A DNA stretch of 64,000 nt from the human T2T-CHM13v2.0 reference genome, Homo sapiens: assembly GCF_009914755.1 (NCBI RefSeq), contig NC_060940.1. One strand, 5' to 3'. Position 1 is the first letter of the stretch. The number at the start of each line of letters is the position of its first letter. The position numbers and the translations under genes were made by a program. This document shows positions 47,518-64,000 of the stretch, piece by piece. The notes beneath the pieces are model-generated. The model was not told the DNA's origin and searched no databases. It saw only the letters and a list, made by a program, of their open reading frames with translations.

Positions 47518-49017
47518 ACAGAAAAGAAGATGGGGCTCTGTATTTGGTTATCCTCTTTGCCAGTAGGATAACGTCTATCTCACAGAAGTGGTACAAACTG
47601 ACTCCACAGCCAGGAGGGCCCGGCAAACTCCCAAGATTAAACAAACAACAACAAAAAAAGCATATTAGTATTAGCCACAGAGATGCAGAGAGAAAACTCT
47701 CTTGCCCTGCCACAGCAGTCAAAGTTTGTGCTAATGTTTGCGGGAGAAAAGGGAGAAAACAAAGTGAGGAAGAAAACATATCCGCATCATTCATATCCCC
47801 AAGCAAACAGACTCAGGACGCTGGGGAGTGCCAAATTTAGTTATTTGCAACTTTCCCCACTTGCAGATCCCTTGCAAATACATTCAAATGCAATCATCAA
47901 TAACATCACCTCTTAAAATAAACATCTTTTCATTTATGAATTTTCTCCCCCGTTTTGACCATGTGAAACCTGCAAATTTAACATATGCCAGGAGAGGATG
48001 GTAACAAGGTAGACAATCTCCAGCTAAGAAATTTGAAAAAATATATAAATAAAGAATAGGGAGGGAAAAATCAACCTTTGATGAAATAATTGCTTCTGCT
48101 GTTATTTTTCACTATTACTTCAGAAATGTTCTCTCTCTCTCTTCCTTTCTTGTCCCTATAGCGAGGTGCCCTGCTGTTGTGCAGATGAAAGGTCCAGTCT
48201 CTTTAAAATTTCATGCAGAGCTCTTCACAACATTGAAGCTTTAAAGGCCCATGGCAAATTCAACATATTGTTACACTTGATGGAAGGAGATAAAAATTAC
48301 ATGCAGAATTTACTGTATATTCATTGTCTGGAAATACTATACAATTACAGCTTCCTCTATTTCACTAACAGATATGGACATGTATTCTGATTTCAATATT
48401 TAGAAATACAAAAGATGCACATGGAGTGAGTATTGTAGCAAAAATAAGAATGAAACTTGAATCTTCTGAGGTTAGATTAGGGTCCTAGGATGTGTGAACA
48501 GTTTTGTTCATAGTTTTCCTAAATTGCTTTAGATATGTGAAACATATTTAAAAGACAACAAAAGATACAAAGGGAATAAAAAAAGATTTCCTAAAACTTG
48601 TATATAGCATGGGGTTCTTTGCACTAAGTCGTCTTTATTTTTGTATCTCTATGAGAAGAATATGGGAATGGCTAGGCTTTTATTTTTATGTATAAAATTA
48701 TCTCAAAAAAAAATGAATAGCAAGAACTGCAGACGTTGGAATGAAGAACACGATGACCTCAAAAGCAAGTTTGTCAGTCACTAGTCTTTGAGCTTTAACT
48801 GTCATAGGTAAGCCTTATTTTAAAGTTGTTTTTAAATTCACAAATTGGACATCACTAATTTTAAATCTAAAGTTTAGGTTTGTGCTTTATTGTAGCTGTT
48901 TTTATGTAGACCCATTTAGTCAAACTCATTCGTGTTCATTCATCCTCTTCTTTCAAACATTTATCAGATATCTACTACATGCCAGGCACACTGTTAATTA
49001 TTTGGGATGAAAAAACA

Positions 49018-49333
49018 GGCCAGGTGTGGTGGCTCATGCCTGTAATCCCAGAACTTTGGGAGGCCGAGGCAGGCAGATCACTTGAGTTCAGAGTTCGAGA
49101 CCAGCCTGGCCAACATAGCGAAACTCCATCTCTATCAAAAATACAAAACTTAGCCAGGCGTGGTAGCACCTGCCTATAATCCCAGCTACTTGGGAGGCAG
49201 AGGTGGGAGGATCACTTGACCCTGGGAGGTCAAGGCTGTAGTGAGCTGAGATTGTGCCACTGCCCTCCAGTCTGGGCAACAGAGCAAGACTCTGTCTCAA
49301 AAAAAAAAAAAAAAAAAGAATAAAAGAAAAAAA
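49018..49333 (+). mobile_element. Alu (J/S)
   Basis: Full dimer, TSD aaaaaacagg. Confidence 0.95.
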
Positions 49334-49714
49334 ACAGGAAGATGGGATCCCTGACTCCAGGGGGATTATAATAGGAGGAGGCGAACACAGCAAAGGGTTT
49401 GTGCAATAAAGCTTCAGGGGTCCTATGGAAGTAGATCTGGGAACATCATGGTGGCACAGAGAGTGTTTGATTTGTTCTTCCTGGAGGAAGAGGGGAAAAA
49501 AAACACATGCAGGGATCAGTCCTTGACTAGTGACTGGGAAACTGTCTAGGTGCTGATGGAAAAAACCAAGCCAGTGGTAGTAGCTGGGAAGGGGGATAGA
49601 GCTCAGAAAAATCAAGAATACAAAATGAATAGCACCTGGCTACTGAACAGAAAGCAGGAGCACAGGAGAGCAGGGTGAATCCCGGGTTTCTAATACTGGG
49701 ATTGTCCACCGGCC

Positions 49715-51370
<1,656 letters not shown>

Positions 51371-51384
51371 AAATTTGCTGGTGA

Positions 51385-52050
<666 letters not shown>

Positions 52051-52150
52051 TGGGGGTGGGGGAAGATGTAGATTATAGAAGGCTGAGACAGTCCTCTCCC
52101 CACTAGATGTCCCAAATCATAAACTCTGGAGACAAAACCCAGTAATCTGC

Positions 52151-52451
52151 TTTTTTTTTTTTTTTTTTTTGAGACAGAGTCTCACCCTGTTACCTAGGCT
52201 GGAGTGCAGTGGTACTATCCAGCTCACTGCAACCTCCACCTCCCAGGTTCAAGTGATTCTCCCACCTCAGCCTCCCAAGAAGCTGGGAATACAGGAGTCC
52301 ACCACCATACCCAGGTAATTTTTGTATTTTTAGTAGAGACAGGGTTTCGCCATGTTGGCCAGGCTGGTCTCGAACTTCTGGACTCAAGTGATCTGCACAC
52401 CTCAGCCTCTCAAAGTGCTGGGATTACAGGCGTGAGCCACTGCACCTGGCC
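52151..52451 (-). mobile_element. AluS
   Basis: Full dimer, TSD agtaatctg. Confidence 0.96.
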
Positions 52452-52526
52452 AAGTAATCTGTTTTTTATAAAAGTTCCTAAATTTTTTTAGCAGCTAGAC
52501 TCTGATTAGCAGCTAGAATTGTGACT

Positions 52527-52901
52527 GTATTCATTATCTATTGCCACATGCAAACCACACTAAAGCTTATTGGTGGCTTAAAACCACCACTATTTTATTT
52601 GCTTACACATTTATGGGTCAAGAATTTGAGTAGGACTCAGCGTAGCAGTGGCTCCATTAGGACTGGCGGACTCAAGACTGCCTAACTCATACGTGTGGCA
52701 CTTTGGGGCTGGTTGTGCTCCACACAGCTTCTCCCTCCAGAAGAGCCTGGCCCTCTTTACATAACGGATGGGTCCCTTCCATGGGAACAGAAGCTACAAG
52801 ACCTGGGCGTGGAAGTTGAGAACATTACTTCCATCCCTTTGTATTATTCAAACCAAGTTGCAGACCAGCCTAGATTCAAGGGGATAGAGAAAGAGATCAT
52901 T

Positions 52902-52934
<33 letters not shown>

Positions 52935-53301
52935 AGACAGAGTCTTGTTCTGTCACCAAGGCTGGAGTGCGTGGCTCACTGCAACCTCCGCCTCCCAGGT
53001 TCAAGTGATTCTCCTGCCTCAGCCTCCTGATTAGCTGGGATGCACACCACCACGCCCGGCTAAGTTTTTGTATTTTTAGTAGAGACAGGGTCTTACCATG
53101 TTGGCCAGGCTGGTCTCGAACTCCTTACCTCAAGCCATCTGCCTGCCTCAGCCTCCCAAAGTGCTGGGATGACGTGAGCTACTGTGCCCGGCCAAAAGAG
53201 ACCATTTCTTGATGGGAAGAGCAACAATATCATGTTACAAAGGGGTGTGGATGCAGGGAGGCATTGATTCACTGGGAGCTGTTATGATGATGATCTACTA
53301 C
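52527..53301 (-). mobile_element. Old MLT1 LTR split by an Alu
   Basis: tgtattcattatctattg...tggcttaaaacc...tgggtcaagaatttgag...cagcctagattcaagggg...tctactaca. Confidence 0.78.
52904..53193 (-). mobile_element. AluS with several short internal deletions
   Basis: TSD aaagaga(t/c)catt. Confidence 0.94.
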
Positions 53302-54109
53302 AGACACCCACTAAATTAGACTACCAAAGCCCCACCTTAAATAACACAAGCTTTTGTTATATCATAATTATCTTGTCCGTATGTAAATGGTTCCTCTAAA
53401 ACTGCTTGAAAACAATTCATTTTCTTAATTTTATAGAGTCTTGCCATTTTCAGATGCTATTCATTTGCTCAATAGACCATAAGCATTACAGAAAATTCAA
53501 TCTCTCGCACTGGTTCCCAGCCTCTGGGACCAAAATTTAGATCCCAGTAGTTCTGAAACTAAAGGACAATAGAAAAGATTTTAGAAGAGTCTCAGAAAGT
53601 TCTCACCAACCTCACAGACAAATGGAGAGCAGAGCTAAGATGGCTGCTCTCCCATCCTCATTCCTGCCCTCTGAGCGATGACAGAAGTGATACCTGCAAA
53701 CTGTCCCCTTTGCAACTTCCCAAAGGTTCATTAGCTGCTCACCATGTCAACAGAGGTGGCCAGGCCTTTCACTCGGGATCTGGAATGGGAAGACGAGTGG
53801 TGGGTCAGGATGTCTCAAAGGAAATGGGAGTGAGTGAGTGAGAGAGAGAGAGAGAGAAGATAACACCCATTGCCCCAGCTCTTGCCCCCATGACCACAGC
53901 TTTTGAAGTAGTGGCATCCACATTCACATAGTTTTTATTGTGTGCATTTATGACATTTACTAAAGCAATAGATACACATACATACATCTCCTTGTCCAGA
54001 CAGGCTCTTAACACAGAGTCCTCACTACGAAAAAATTCCACTCATGTCAGCTTCCAAATTCAAAAAGCAGTAGTTGATGCTACTCCTAACAAATTATTAA
54101 GTGCCTCTT

Positions 54110-54182
54110 GTTAATCTAGGCTCTATTTACATAAACCACCTTGGAGTGGTGCCCCCTGGAGTTGTGCAATGTGGCAGCCCTG
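54110..54182. mobile_element. MER91-like fragment
   Basis: ggtgccccctggagttgtgcaatgtggcagccctg. Confidence 0.55.
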
Positions 54183-54709
54183 AGTATCGGCGCTAGATTT
54201 TATACCCGAGTTCATCTGCCTCAAAAGCCTGAGCTACTTGCACTATGCTAAGCAGTGATGAAACCAAGAAGGTATGCATCTCTGATCACAGAAAGTGAAG
54301 AAAAAATTAGCTGAGTCAGGAGGCATCTGACTTTCTGGAGGGCTCCTGAAATCACCCACAGAGGAGGAGCGAGGCAGTGGAAATTGCATTACAGTTCCTT
54401 AGGCTCTAGTTGTGCCTGTTCTATCATGAATAAGCTATGTGGCCTTGAGAAGTCACTTCACTTCTCTGGGCCTCCATGTCCCACACTGTCATGGGAAGAG
54501 TTTCTATCAGAGCTGACAACTCTTAACACCAAGAGTGTTTATATGTGATCATGCATGTTTATATGAAGAGCAGTCTATCAAGTGTATGCACACTTTAAGG
54601 AAAGATATGTATGATGAAAATATCACCATCAATTTCAATATACTTTATTAGAACTAGTCGGTTTTTTGTGGGTTTTTTTTTTTTGAGATTAAAAAAAACA
54701 CACACACAC

Positions 54710-54897
54710 AGCAAGACTTTCTCTCTACAAAAATAAAACAATTAGCCAGGCATGGTGGTGCATGCCTGTAGTCCCAGCTACTCAGGAGGCTGAGATGGAA
54801 GGGTCACTTGAGCCCAGGAGTTCAAGGCTGTAGTGAGCTACAATCATGCCACTGAACTGCAGCCCAGGTGACTGAGCATGACCCGTCTCTTTAAAAG

Positions 54898-54928
<31 letters not shown>

Positions 54929-54930
54929 AA
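54710..54930 (+). mobile_element. 5'-truncated AluJ with (TAAA)n tail
   Basis: Starts near the end of the left arm. Confidence 0.92.
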
Positions 54931-55648
54931 CTTCACTTACATTATCTTAACTATGAGGCGTTTCCGCCATTTTTGTTGACTCTTTTCTACTCCATTATAG
55001 TCACTGAAAGGAATTATAGGAACTAAATGCCAATCAGTAGTTTTATTATACAATAGTACAAATTATTACATCTCTAACACCATTTATAAATATCAATATC
55101 TAAGCAGCAAGCAGTGTATGTATCTTAAACCATCTATAGATGAGTGTAGTGTGTGTGTGTATGTACTTGTGAGTGGCCTTTTCATGAACTTTCCAAATTT
55201 GATCATTGATTAAGATGCCCAGAGATAATCAGTTTAGGCAAAATCAAATGTTATACTTGGTCATAATCAGTAGTGACCATATACTAAAATAATATGATAT
55301 GGAAAGTGTTTTGTGAATTGTATAAGATTATATATGCCCACGTGCTATTATGAAATTTAGCTAAGTGCTAAATGGCTCCAATGTTTAGCTGATGGATATA
55401 TCTTTGAAATGTTAAAATTCCAGATGAAAGACAATCGAATAGAAGACAAATTTATCTCTAAAAATAACGTAGATATGATCTGAAGGTGTGATGAATTTTC
55501 TAATAAGTAATAATGGATGCTGGCTTTTATCAAATAACAATGAGGTCCCAAGCAGAGCTAAAGGCTTTACCTTCATCAAATACTCTTAATTCTCACAACT
55601 GGTTTTGCCACCTCAAATTTCCCACTACTTAGCACATACAGAAACTGA

Positions 55649-55997
<349 letters not shown>

Positions 55998-57892
55998 AAC
56001 ATCTCAGAACATCTGTCTGAGAGGCAGACACATCAGGGAGGTTCTGCCTAGGAAATAGGTGATCTCCCCATTATAGGGATGAAGACACTGAGCCTTGAAG
56101 CATTAACCAACTTAACCAAGGTCCCACAGCAGGTAAAACCTGAAGCCACAAAACCCCCAAAGCTAGATTTTACTCACTCTACTCCAGTGCCTGGCTGTAA
56201 GGGAAAGTTTATCAAAAATCTTGCCATCAGTAAATGAAAAATTCAAGGAACAACAACTTTTAAAATACCCAGACTTCCTTAAAATAGCCTTTTGAGAAAG
56301 CAAAAACATTTATGTTGTTTTCAGTTGCTGAACTTGGAAAACAATGCTGTTGTCATTTTTTCAGCTCAGGAATCAGGCAGTTTTAAGCCTGAATTGCTCA
56401 AATATCCCATGGGGTCCTTCGCTACCTGATTTTTCCCAAATGATTCCTTGTTCTTATTAGTAAAATATTAAGATTAACAGCTCTGCCCCATATGAAGCTA
56501 ACAACAGAAAGATATTAAGTAACTGATATATTCTGCAAAAATAATATTCACATACAAATACTTACACAAAATTATCATTGAATTGGAGAGGTGCGACTGA
56601 ATAGGTACTGTATTCGAAAGTCTCCTTGCAGTTCATCAGATAATAAAGAACACACACCAGAAGAATCACAGAAATAGAACGTACCCTCGAGTTACATCAC
56701 AAGGAGAAAAAAAAAATCTCCCTAGATAAGAAATTCAGGTTTATTTTATCTTAAATCAGACCAAGGGGATTTAGGTTGCTTTTTTAATCTACTTGTGCAT
56801 AACGATCTCTCAGATTAATCATACTGTTCAATAGAATATTATTATTAATTAGACATGTCAGCGCTTCAGGCAGAAAATTACTGGGAAGTAAAAAGGTCTA
56901 TATTCCAAAGGCTCATAAGAGAAAGATTTCCATTTCTATCACGGCACATCTCTTTCAGTTCCAATTCTCAGTGGAAATTCCTCAACGAATTCAGTCCTTG
57001 TAACAATAACATTTCGAAGTGTTTCCCATTTAAAAAATAGCTGAACTCGAGTTTGCCTTGTAAGATATTTTCTATGTTATTGGTAAGCCAATTAAATTTT
57101 TTAGGGCACATAGTTTTAAGGAAAGTCCTTCAGTGTTCCCCAGATTGTCATCATCTCTCATTAGGAGGTCTTAGACAAGACTGAGGCACAGAGGAGAACA
57201 ATGGGGTCATCAGTTTTATCCCATGGGCTGGCGTCCTCTAAAATGTTCTCATTTCCATCCTGTCGGCTCTTACAGGTCACTGCTGCTTCCTCCTCATCCC
57301 CATAAGCCCCATGTAGTACACCTGTGCCACTCTAGCCACATGGGAAAATGTTACTGGTCCCCCAGTAGGCCAGGATTCCATGGGGCTCTCTCGGACACCC
57401 ACCGACATTTCTTTTGATCCCACCCTGTGCTGCAGGCAAGACACTTCTAAAATCATCTTGCTTTCCAGGGGTCCAACATAACAGCAAGGGTGCAGGTATC
57501 CTTTTGTCCCCATTTCTCAAACATAATTTGGTCATATTGTCTATCAACCCTCATCCTCCATCCTCTCCTCCATCTTTAACCTCCTCTGTGTAAACATTCA
57601 AGGAAATGACTGAGCCTTTTAACAGTAAAAAGTAAAGACTAGCAGAGCCAAACTCCCTCAACTTCTGGCATGCCTGCCAATGAGTTTTCCCAGCTGTAAA
57701 AAGCTCATCTCTTCTGTATCTCATCTCCACCCTCCTCTTAAGGAACCTCCCTCCACCCATTTCCTTTTTCCTCTGTATCTTCCTCCTGTCTCTTAACTCT
57801 TCCTCTGCAGCTTATACAATAGATATGTGGCTGTCATTACAATACAAAGCATCAACAATCATAAGAACTACCACAAAACCATCCCTTGACAT

Positions 57893-58022
57893 GTTTATTT
57901 TTTTGAGAAGGGTACCTTGCTATGTTGCCCAGGCTGGTCATGAACTCCTGGGTTCAAGTGACTCTCCTACCTCAACCTCCCAAGTAGTGGCGGATTACAG
58001 GCATGCACCACCACGCCTGGCC
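57893..58022 (-). mobile_element. FLAM_A-like Alu monomer
   Basis: Monomer with TSD tcccttgac. Confidence 0.88.
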
Positions 58023-58354
58023 TCCCTTGACCAGTTTAACTCTTACCTTCCCTCCATAGCTAAGCTTCTTTGAAAAACAGTGAGGCAAAGAATTTCCAGA
58101 CAACGGCCATGGGTATAGACCCTGGGATGGAAAATAACACAGCCCTTCAAAAAAACATAAAGCTTTGGGTGAGCAAAAAAGTAATGAGCAGGTGGAGGGA
58201 ACTGACAAACACTAGACAACACTGGTCGTATGAGCCATGGAGGATTTCAACCTACTTCATGGATTTGTTTTGAAGATTAAATAAGCGTATGTATATTTAG
58301 TGCTTTGTGCTGGTAATAAAATAAAATATTATTATTTTAAAATATATGACCTTT

Positions 58355-59431
<1,077 letters not shown>

Positions 59432-59754
59432 TATATGACCTTACCTCTCTTCTGACTTCATTAGGGCACCCTCCAAGGCTGCAGAAGTAAAAAATCTCTC
59501 GGCTACTTGGCTTGAAGTCTAATTAATGATGCAGGATAAAGATGAAATCCCTCAACTCTACATACGGGGCTCAGTGTTTGGAAATAGAAATGGATATACA
59601 CTCAACATGCACTATACATAAATAGGCAAAAATAAGAAAAAACGAAACCTGCTCTGAAGTGCCTATTCTGGCAGATGGAGGCTGGGTATTATGGAGTGAC
59701 AAAATGGGCTACAATTTGTCAACAATGACTCAGTCTCGCAGGGAAATTAATTCA

Positions 59755-60095
59755 AAATATAATCCTGGACTGGGGAGAAAATGCTAAAAAGAACAACATT
59801 GGGAGAAGTGATGACATTTGAATATGCACTGCAGATGACACAGAAGCAATGTATCAGTGTTAAGCTTCATGAACTTGATGTGATTATGGAAGAGAATGAC
59901 CTTGTTCTTAAAAATATACACACAGAAAGACTAAAGGGAAAAAGAGGCATTATGTATGCAACCTACTCTCAAATGGTTCAAAAATTAGTAATACGTGCAC
60001 ATATAAAGATAGAGAATGCTAACGTGTAAGTGGAAAGTTGGTATATCTAAGCAAAGGGTATAGGGGAGTTCTTTGTACTGTTTTTGCAACATTTA
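59755..60095 (+). mobile_element. Old L1 3' end fragment
   Basis: gtatgcaacctactctcaaatggttcaaaaa...gggagttctttgtactgtttttgcaac. Confidence 0.8.
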
Positions 60096-60718
60096 TGTTC
60101 AAAGGCTAGACCCTGAGCTGTCCTCCAGGCCCTCAGTGCCCCTGTTGCCTCTTGAGAGATGGCTCTTTCTCTTCTGGCCACCTGCTGAAGTCCTCACCTG
60201 GTGGAACTTGTGGTCTGTTCTCTTGCGACTGTTGGAGTCCTGGGGATTCCCCATGTTTGGAGACTTGGCCCCATCTCAGCCCTGGCTTCTTGTGTCTGGA
60301 TCATATAAAAGGAGCCTTGAGAAGCAGAAGTCCTTTTTCTCTCTCTACAAAGTCTGGCTCTCAAAACTACTATCTCACTGTGACTTCCAAAAGCTTAATG
60401 TGGTAGCCAAAACTTAGCAGTGACTTGGTTGTTCGGCTGTTTCACCTTTCCCCTGACACTGAAACCTGTGCTTCAGTGAGGGGTAGGCCCCAGGGTATCT
60501 TGGTTTACCGGAGTAAAAAAACACATCCACTTAACGTTTGCATAAAGGTAGCTCTTACATATATTTTCCATTTAGACAATTTAATTAGTCCCAATCTGTA
60601 TTTTATACTTCTCCACTTTATTTTCTACTCTAGGTGACAGAATCACAGTTAACATTCTGAGAGTAAAAGCCCTCAAGATTTTGATAGTCATCAAGTACAA
60701 TCAAAAATGGCTATACTT

Positions 60719-61092
<374 letters not shown>

Positions 61093-62920
61093 CTACTGTC
61101 TCTAAATGATAAATTTTACTACTCTCTCTAAATGATACGGTGATTCCTTATATAAAGTTTTCATTTAAAAAATTCTACCTTGTCTGTACATTTTACTCAC
61201 TTTCACAATAATTAAGATGTAGTATAAGCCACAGCTATTGCACCAAAGCAAAGCATAAAATTGTAGCGTGAGTCTGTGGACCTGACCTTCCCCCCTCTTC
61301 CACCCACAATAATAGAATCAGGATTAAAATATTCATTTCCTGCATAAACTAAATGATCATGACAGTCCTCAATGTGTATGGAAACTGTCTAGTGTTCAAC
61401 AATTATAAATAGCCTAGGAAGAATTTGATGTGGCAAAATTATTAAAAATGTACATAAAGAAGTTCAGCTGCCCCAAGGAAACCCACAGCTCTCCACAGTG
61501 AAAGCAGATCTGTGAGGCTTTCATATGTTAGGATCCTGGTTAGCTATAAAGTCACAACGGGGGCCTGGACACTGAGAGAAGGCAGGAGCAGGAAGACAAC
61601 TTCCCTGCAACATGTGTGGGTCTTCACCTCTCTAGCCACTCTTCTGATGACCACATAAGGACCACGATATATGCATATTTTTAAGTGTCCTTTTAGGCTT
61701 ACAAATCCCAGAGGCAAAGAGAAAACTAAAAAGAATTTAAAACCCTTTTATTTTTGGAGTAATAAATTTTGGGGTCTTTGATTTCCTTGAAATACTTTAA
61801 AAAAAAAGAAAAGATGACTTTGCTTGACTCATATTAGGTGTGCTATTAATGTTGCTAAAAAAGCATTTATCCTTTGAGCACTGTAGATGCTTCTAGAAAA
61901 ATCGACTTAATAAAGATATAGAAGAAATTTTTCCTTTAACTTGAAATATTCCACGGCCTCTCTTTTTGTATCCTACTCACATGTATAATTTTATGTAAGT
62001 TTACTGAATGTTTTTCTTATGAAGTACATAAGGCCTGAAAAATCTTATAGAGCAAATAAAAATTCTCTTCCTTTAAAACTAATGTCCCCCAAAAAAGCAG
62101 TCCAATATTCCCCAAATGATCATTTTTTTCATAAAGAACAAATTGTGGAAGTTTTTACTGAAAAATTTTTATTATTTTTTGAGTGACTCAGAATAAAGAG
62201 TTATAATGAAATTTTCTTGGAGCTTTAACGTTGTAATTTATGATGACTCTAAAAATATACCTATGTATATTAAGTCTGTATTTTACAGGATTATGTATTT
62301 TAAATTATACACAAAATAGACACATGTGCATACCCTAAGATTATTAAACTTTACAAATCTATATGTATTTTCTTTTTTTTTTTATAAAATTTCCTGGTTT
62401 TGTATTCATACTATACCTGATCATAAGGTAACCCAAAACACATTTACTTTAATAACTTTTACACATTCATAAATATTTTTAAACCCCATAAATGTTTAAC
62501 ATTAGTATAGTATATCAAAGTACCATTCTTTTCTCTGTAAATAAATCATTTCTAATCTAAAGACTTAGAAGGAGTGGGGAGAGATGTCAAACAACACATA
62601 TCCTTCTGGCCAGGGAATCAAAAGGCATTCCCAGACATTAACTTTTCTCTCCAAATATGAAAAACATATTAAATATATATCTTATAATAAGATGTTTTCC
62701 TCATGTTTCCTTTGAGTAAAGTCTGTTTAGTGCATTCCTCTTCCCATTGTGCTATGAAATTCTTGGTCAACTTTGTCATTTCTCCCTCTGCCTGCTGGAA
62801 GAAAGCCAAAATCACTGCGATATCATTCACTCAACCAAGACTAACCACGTTAGGTACAGGCAAAAAAGAGCTATAATGCAAAAGAAAAATGAAAAATATA
62901 TATATAAATTATACATAGGT

Positions 62921-62921
62921 A

Positions 62922-62963
<42 letters not shown>
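62921..62963. repeat. (CA)n microsatellite
   Basis: Direct reading. Confidence 0.95.
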
Positions 62964-62964
<1 letters not shown>

Positions 62965-63700
62965 TGCCCATTACACTACTTCTAAAGAAAAACAGATAAG
63001 AAGGAAAAGAAGACAGGCTGTGAAAACAGACATAAGGCATTCATAGGATTGAAATGAACTTTCAGCACGGCTCAATGTTCTACACTTTAAATTTTTTTTT
63101 TAAATTCATGTGGCCATCTGTATCTGTAATTAGGAGTGAAACCATAAGGGGTTTTTCAAGTGAACCTTTCCTAAAGCTACAAACTGTCATGGTGCTTAAA
63201 GGAGTGGGTGCCAAATGACTTGTATGTTTCTGAGCAGCCATATCGCAACAAACAGCGCGTGTGGGTGGCCACGTTGCTTATATTTGAGGTATGCACGTTA
63301 GCGGTATTAGTTACACTTACATCTCACTAACACAGAAAGTCCTCATATTACTTCTATGATATCTTTCTCACATCTTTTTGCTATGTCTGTCACCAACTGA
63401 TATGCTATGTCAACTGGATATGTCTGGAGCTGTCAATAATTTTTCTGTATAAACATCCTCTTTGAATCAATCTTTTGCCACCTGAATTGTTCCACCTCAT
63501 TTCTTTTGAGCAGCACTAACTCCTTCAAGAGGACAACCACCACTAAAAACATGATATCGAAGCAATCATTCGTTCTGTGCACACATTTTAATTTCATGCC
63601 CTACAGGGGGGAATCACTATCAGCCTTAAGCAAAAATTGAGTCTTTAATGCTTTATTGTTTTACACAATTTATCTTTCAAATAGTCTATTAGCTCTTTAT

Positions 63701-63793
63701 AAAAAAAAAAAAGAAGAAGAAAGAAAGGAAAGAAGGGAAAGAAGAGAAAGGAGGGAAGGGGGAAGGGAGGGAGGGAGGGAGGGAGGAAGGAAG
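63701..63793. repeat. Purine-rich low-complexity tract ending in (GGGA)n
   Basis: Direct reading. Confidence 0.9.
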
Positions 63794-64000
63794 TTAGTTG
63801 GTACTGGGGATTTAAGGGGCATCCAGCCCCCAAATCTGAAGCTACAAATATTTTACCAACTGTATTTTTATGAAAACAAAGTGAATTTGTCAAATGTCTC
63901 CCCCTTCGCTTGCATATTCCATTGTTATCCCAGCACACTGAGACCTAACAGGTTAAGCCAACCCTGTTGTGATCACCAGAAGAGAGAGAAGCATTGTGTT

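Overview
Primate (human-like) genomic DNA, repeat-rich and apparently intronic. By eye it holds about 36 Alu/FLAM elements or fragments, old and primate L1 pieces, L2/MIR, MaLR LTRs (MLT1, MST) and DNA-transposon relics (MER82, MER5, MER20, MADE1/2). The only recognisable gene-derived sequence is a disabled processed cyclophilin A (PPIA) pseudogene at 58664-59431 (+). Two well-formed minus-strand exons lie in unique sequence (43936-43676 and 4595-4412), with a possible mini/micro-exon at 6856/6829-6821. They suggest the window sits in the 5' introns of a large minus-strand gene, which I could not name. Nearly all ORF-track entries are Alu/L1/LTR or microsatellite artefacts. The most notable observations are: (1) a multi-junction templated inverted-plus-direct duplication inside MER82 (31940-33271); (2) a 138-codon frame that stays open when the two distant exons are spliced, with uORF-like elements; (3) inverted Alus tightly bracketing the 261-nt exon; (4) an Alu and the PPIA retrocopy enclosed by one target-site duplication; (5) an MST LTR nested antisense inside another MST LTR. 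I found no clear evidence of a new biological system; these are candidates. Repeat subfamilies were assigned from memory of consensus sequences and boundaries are approximate.
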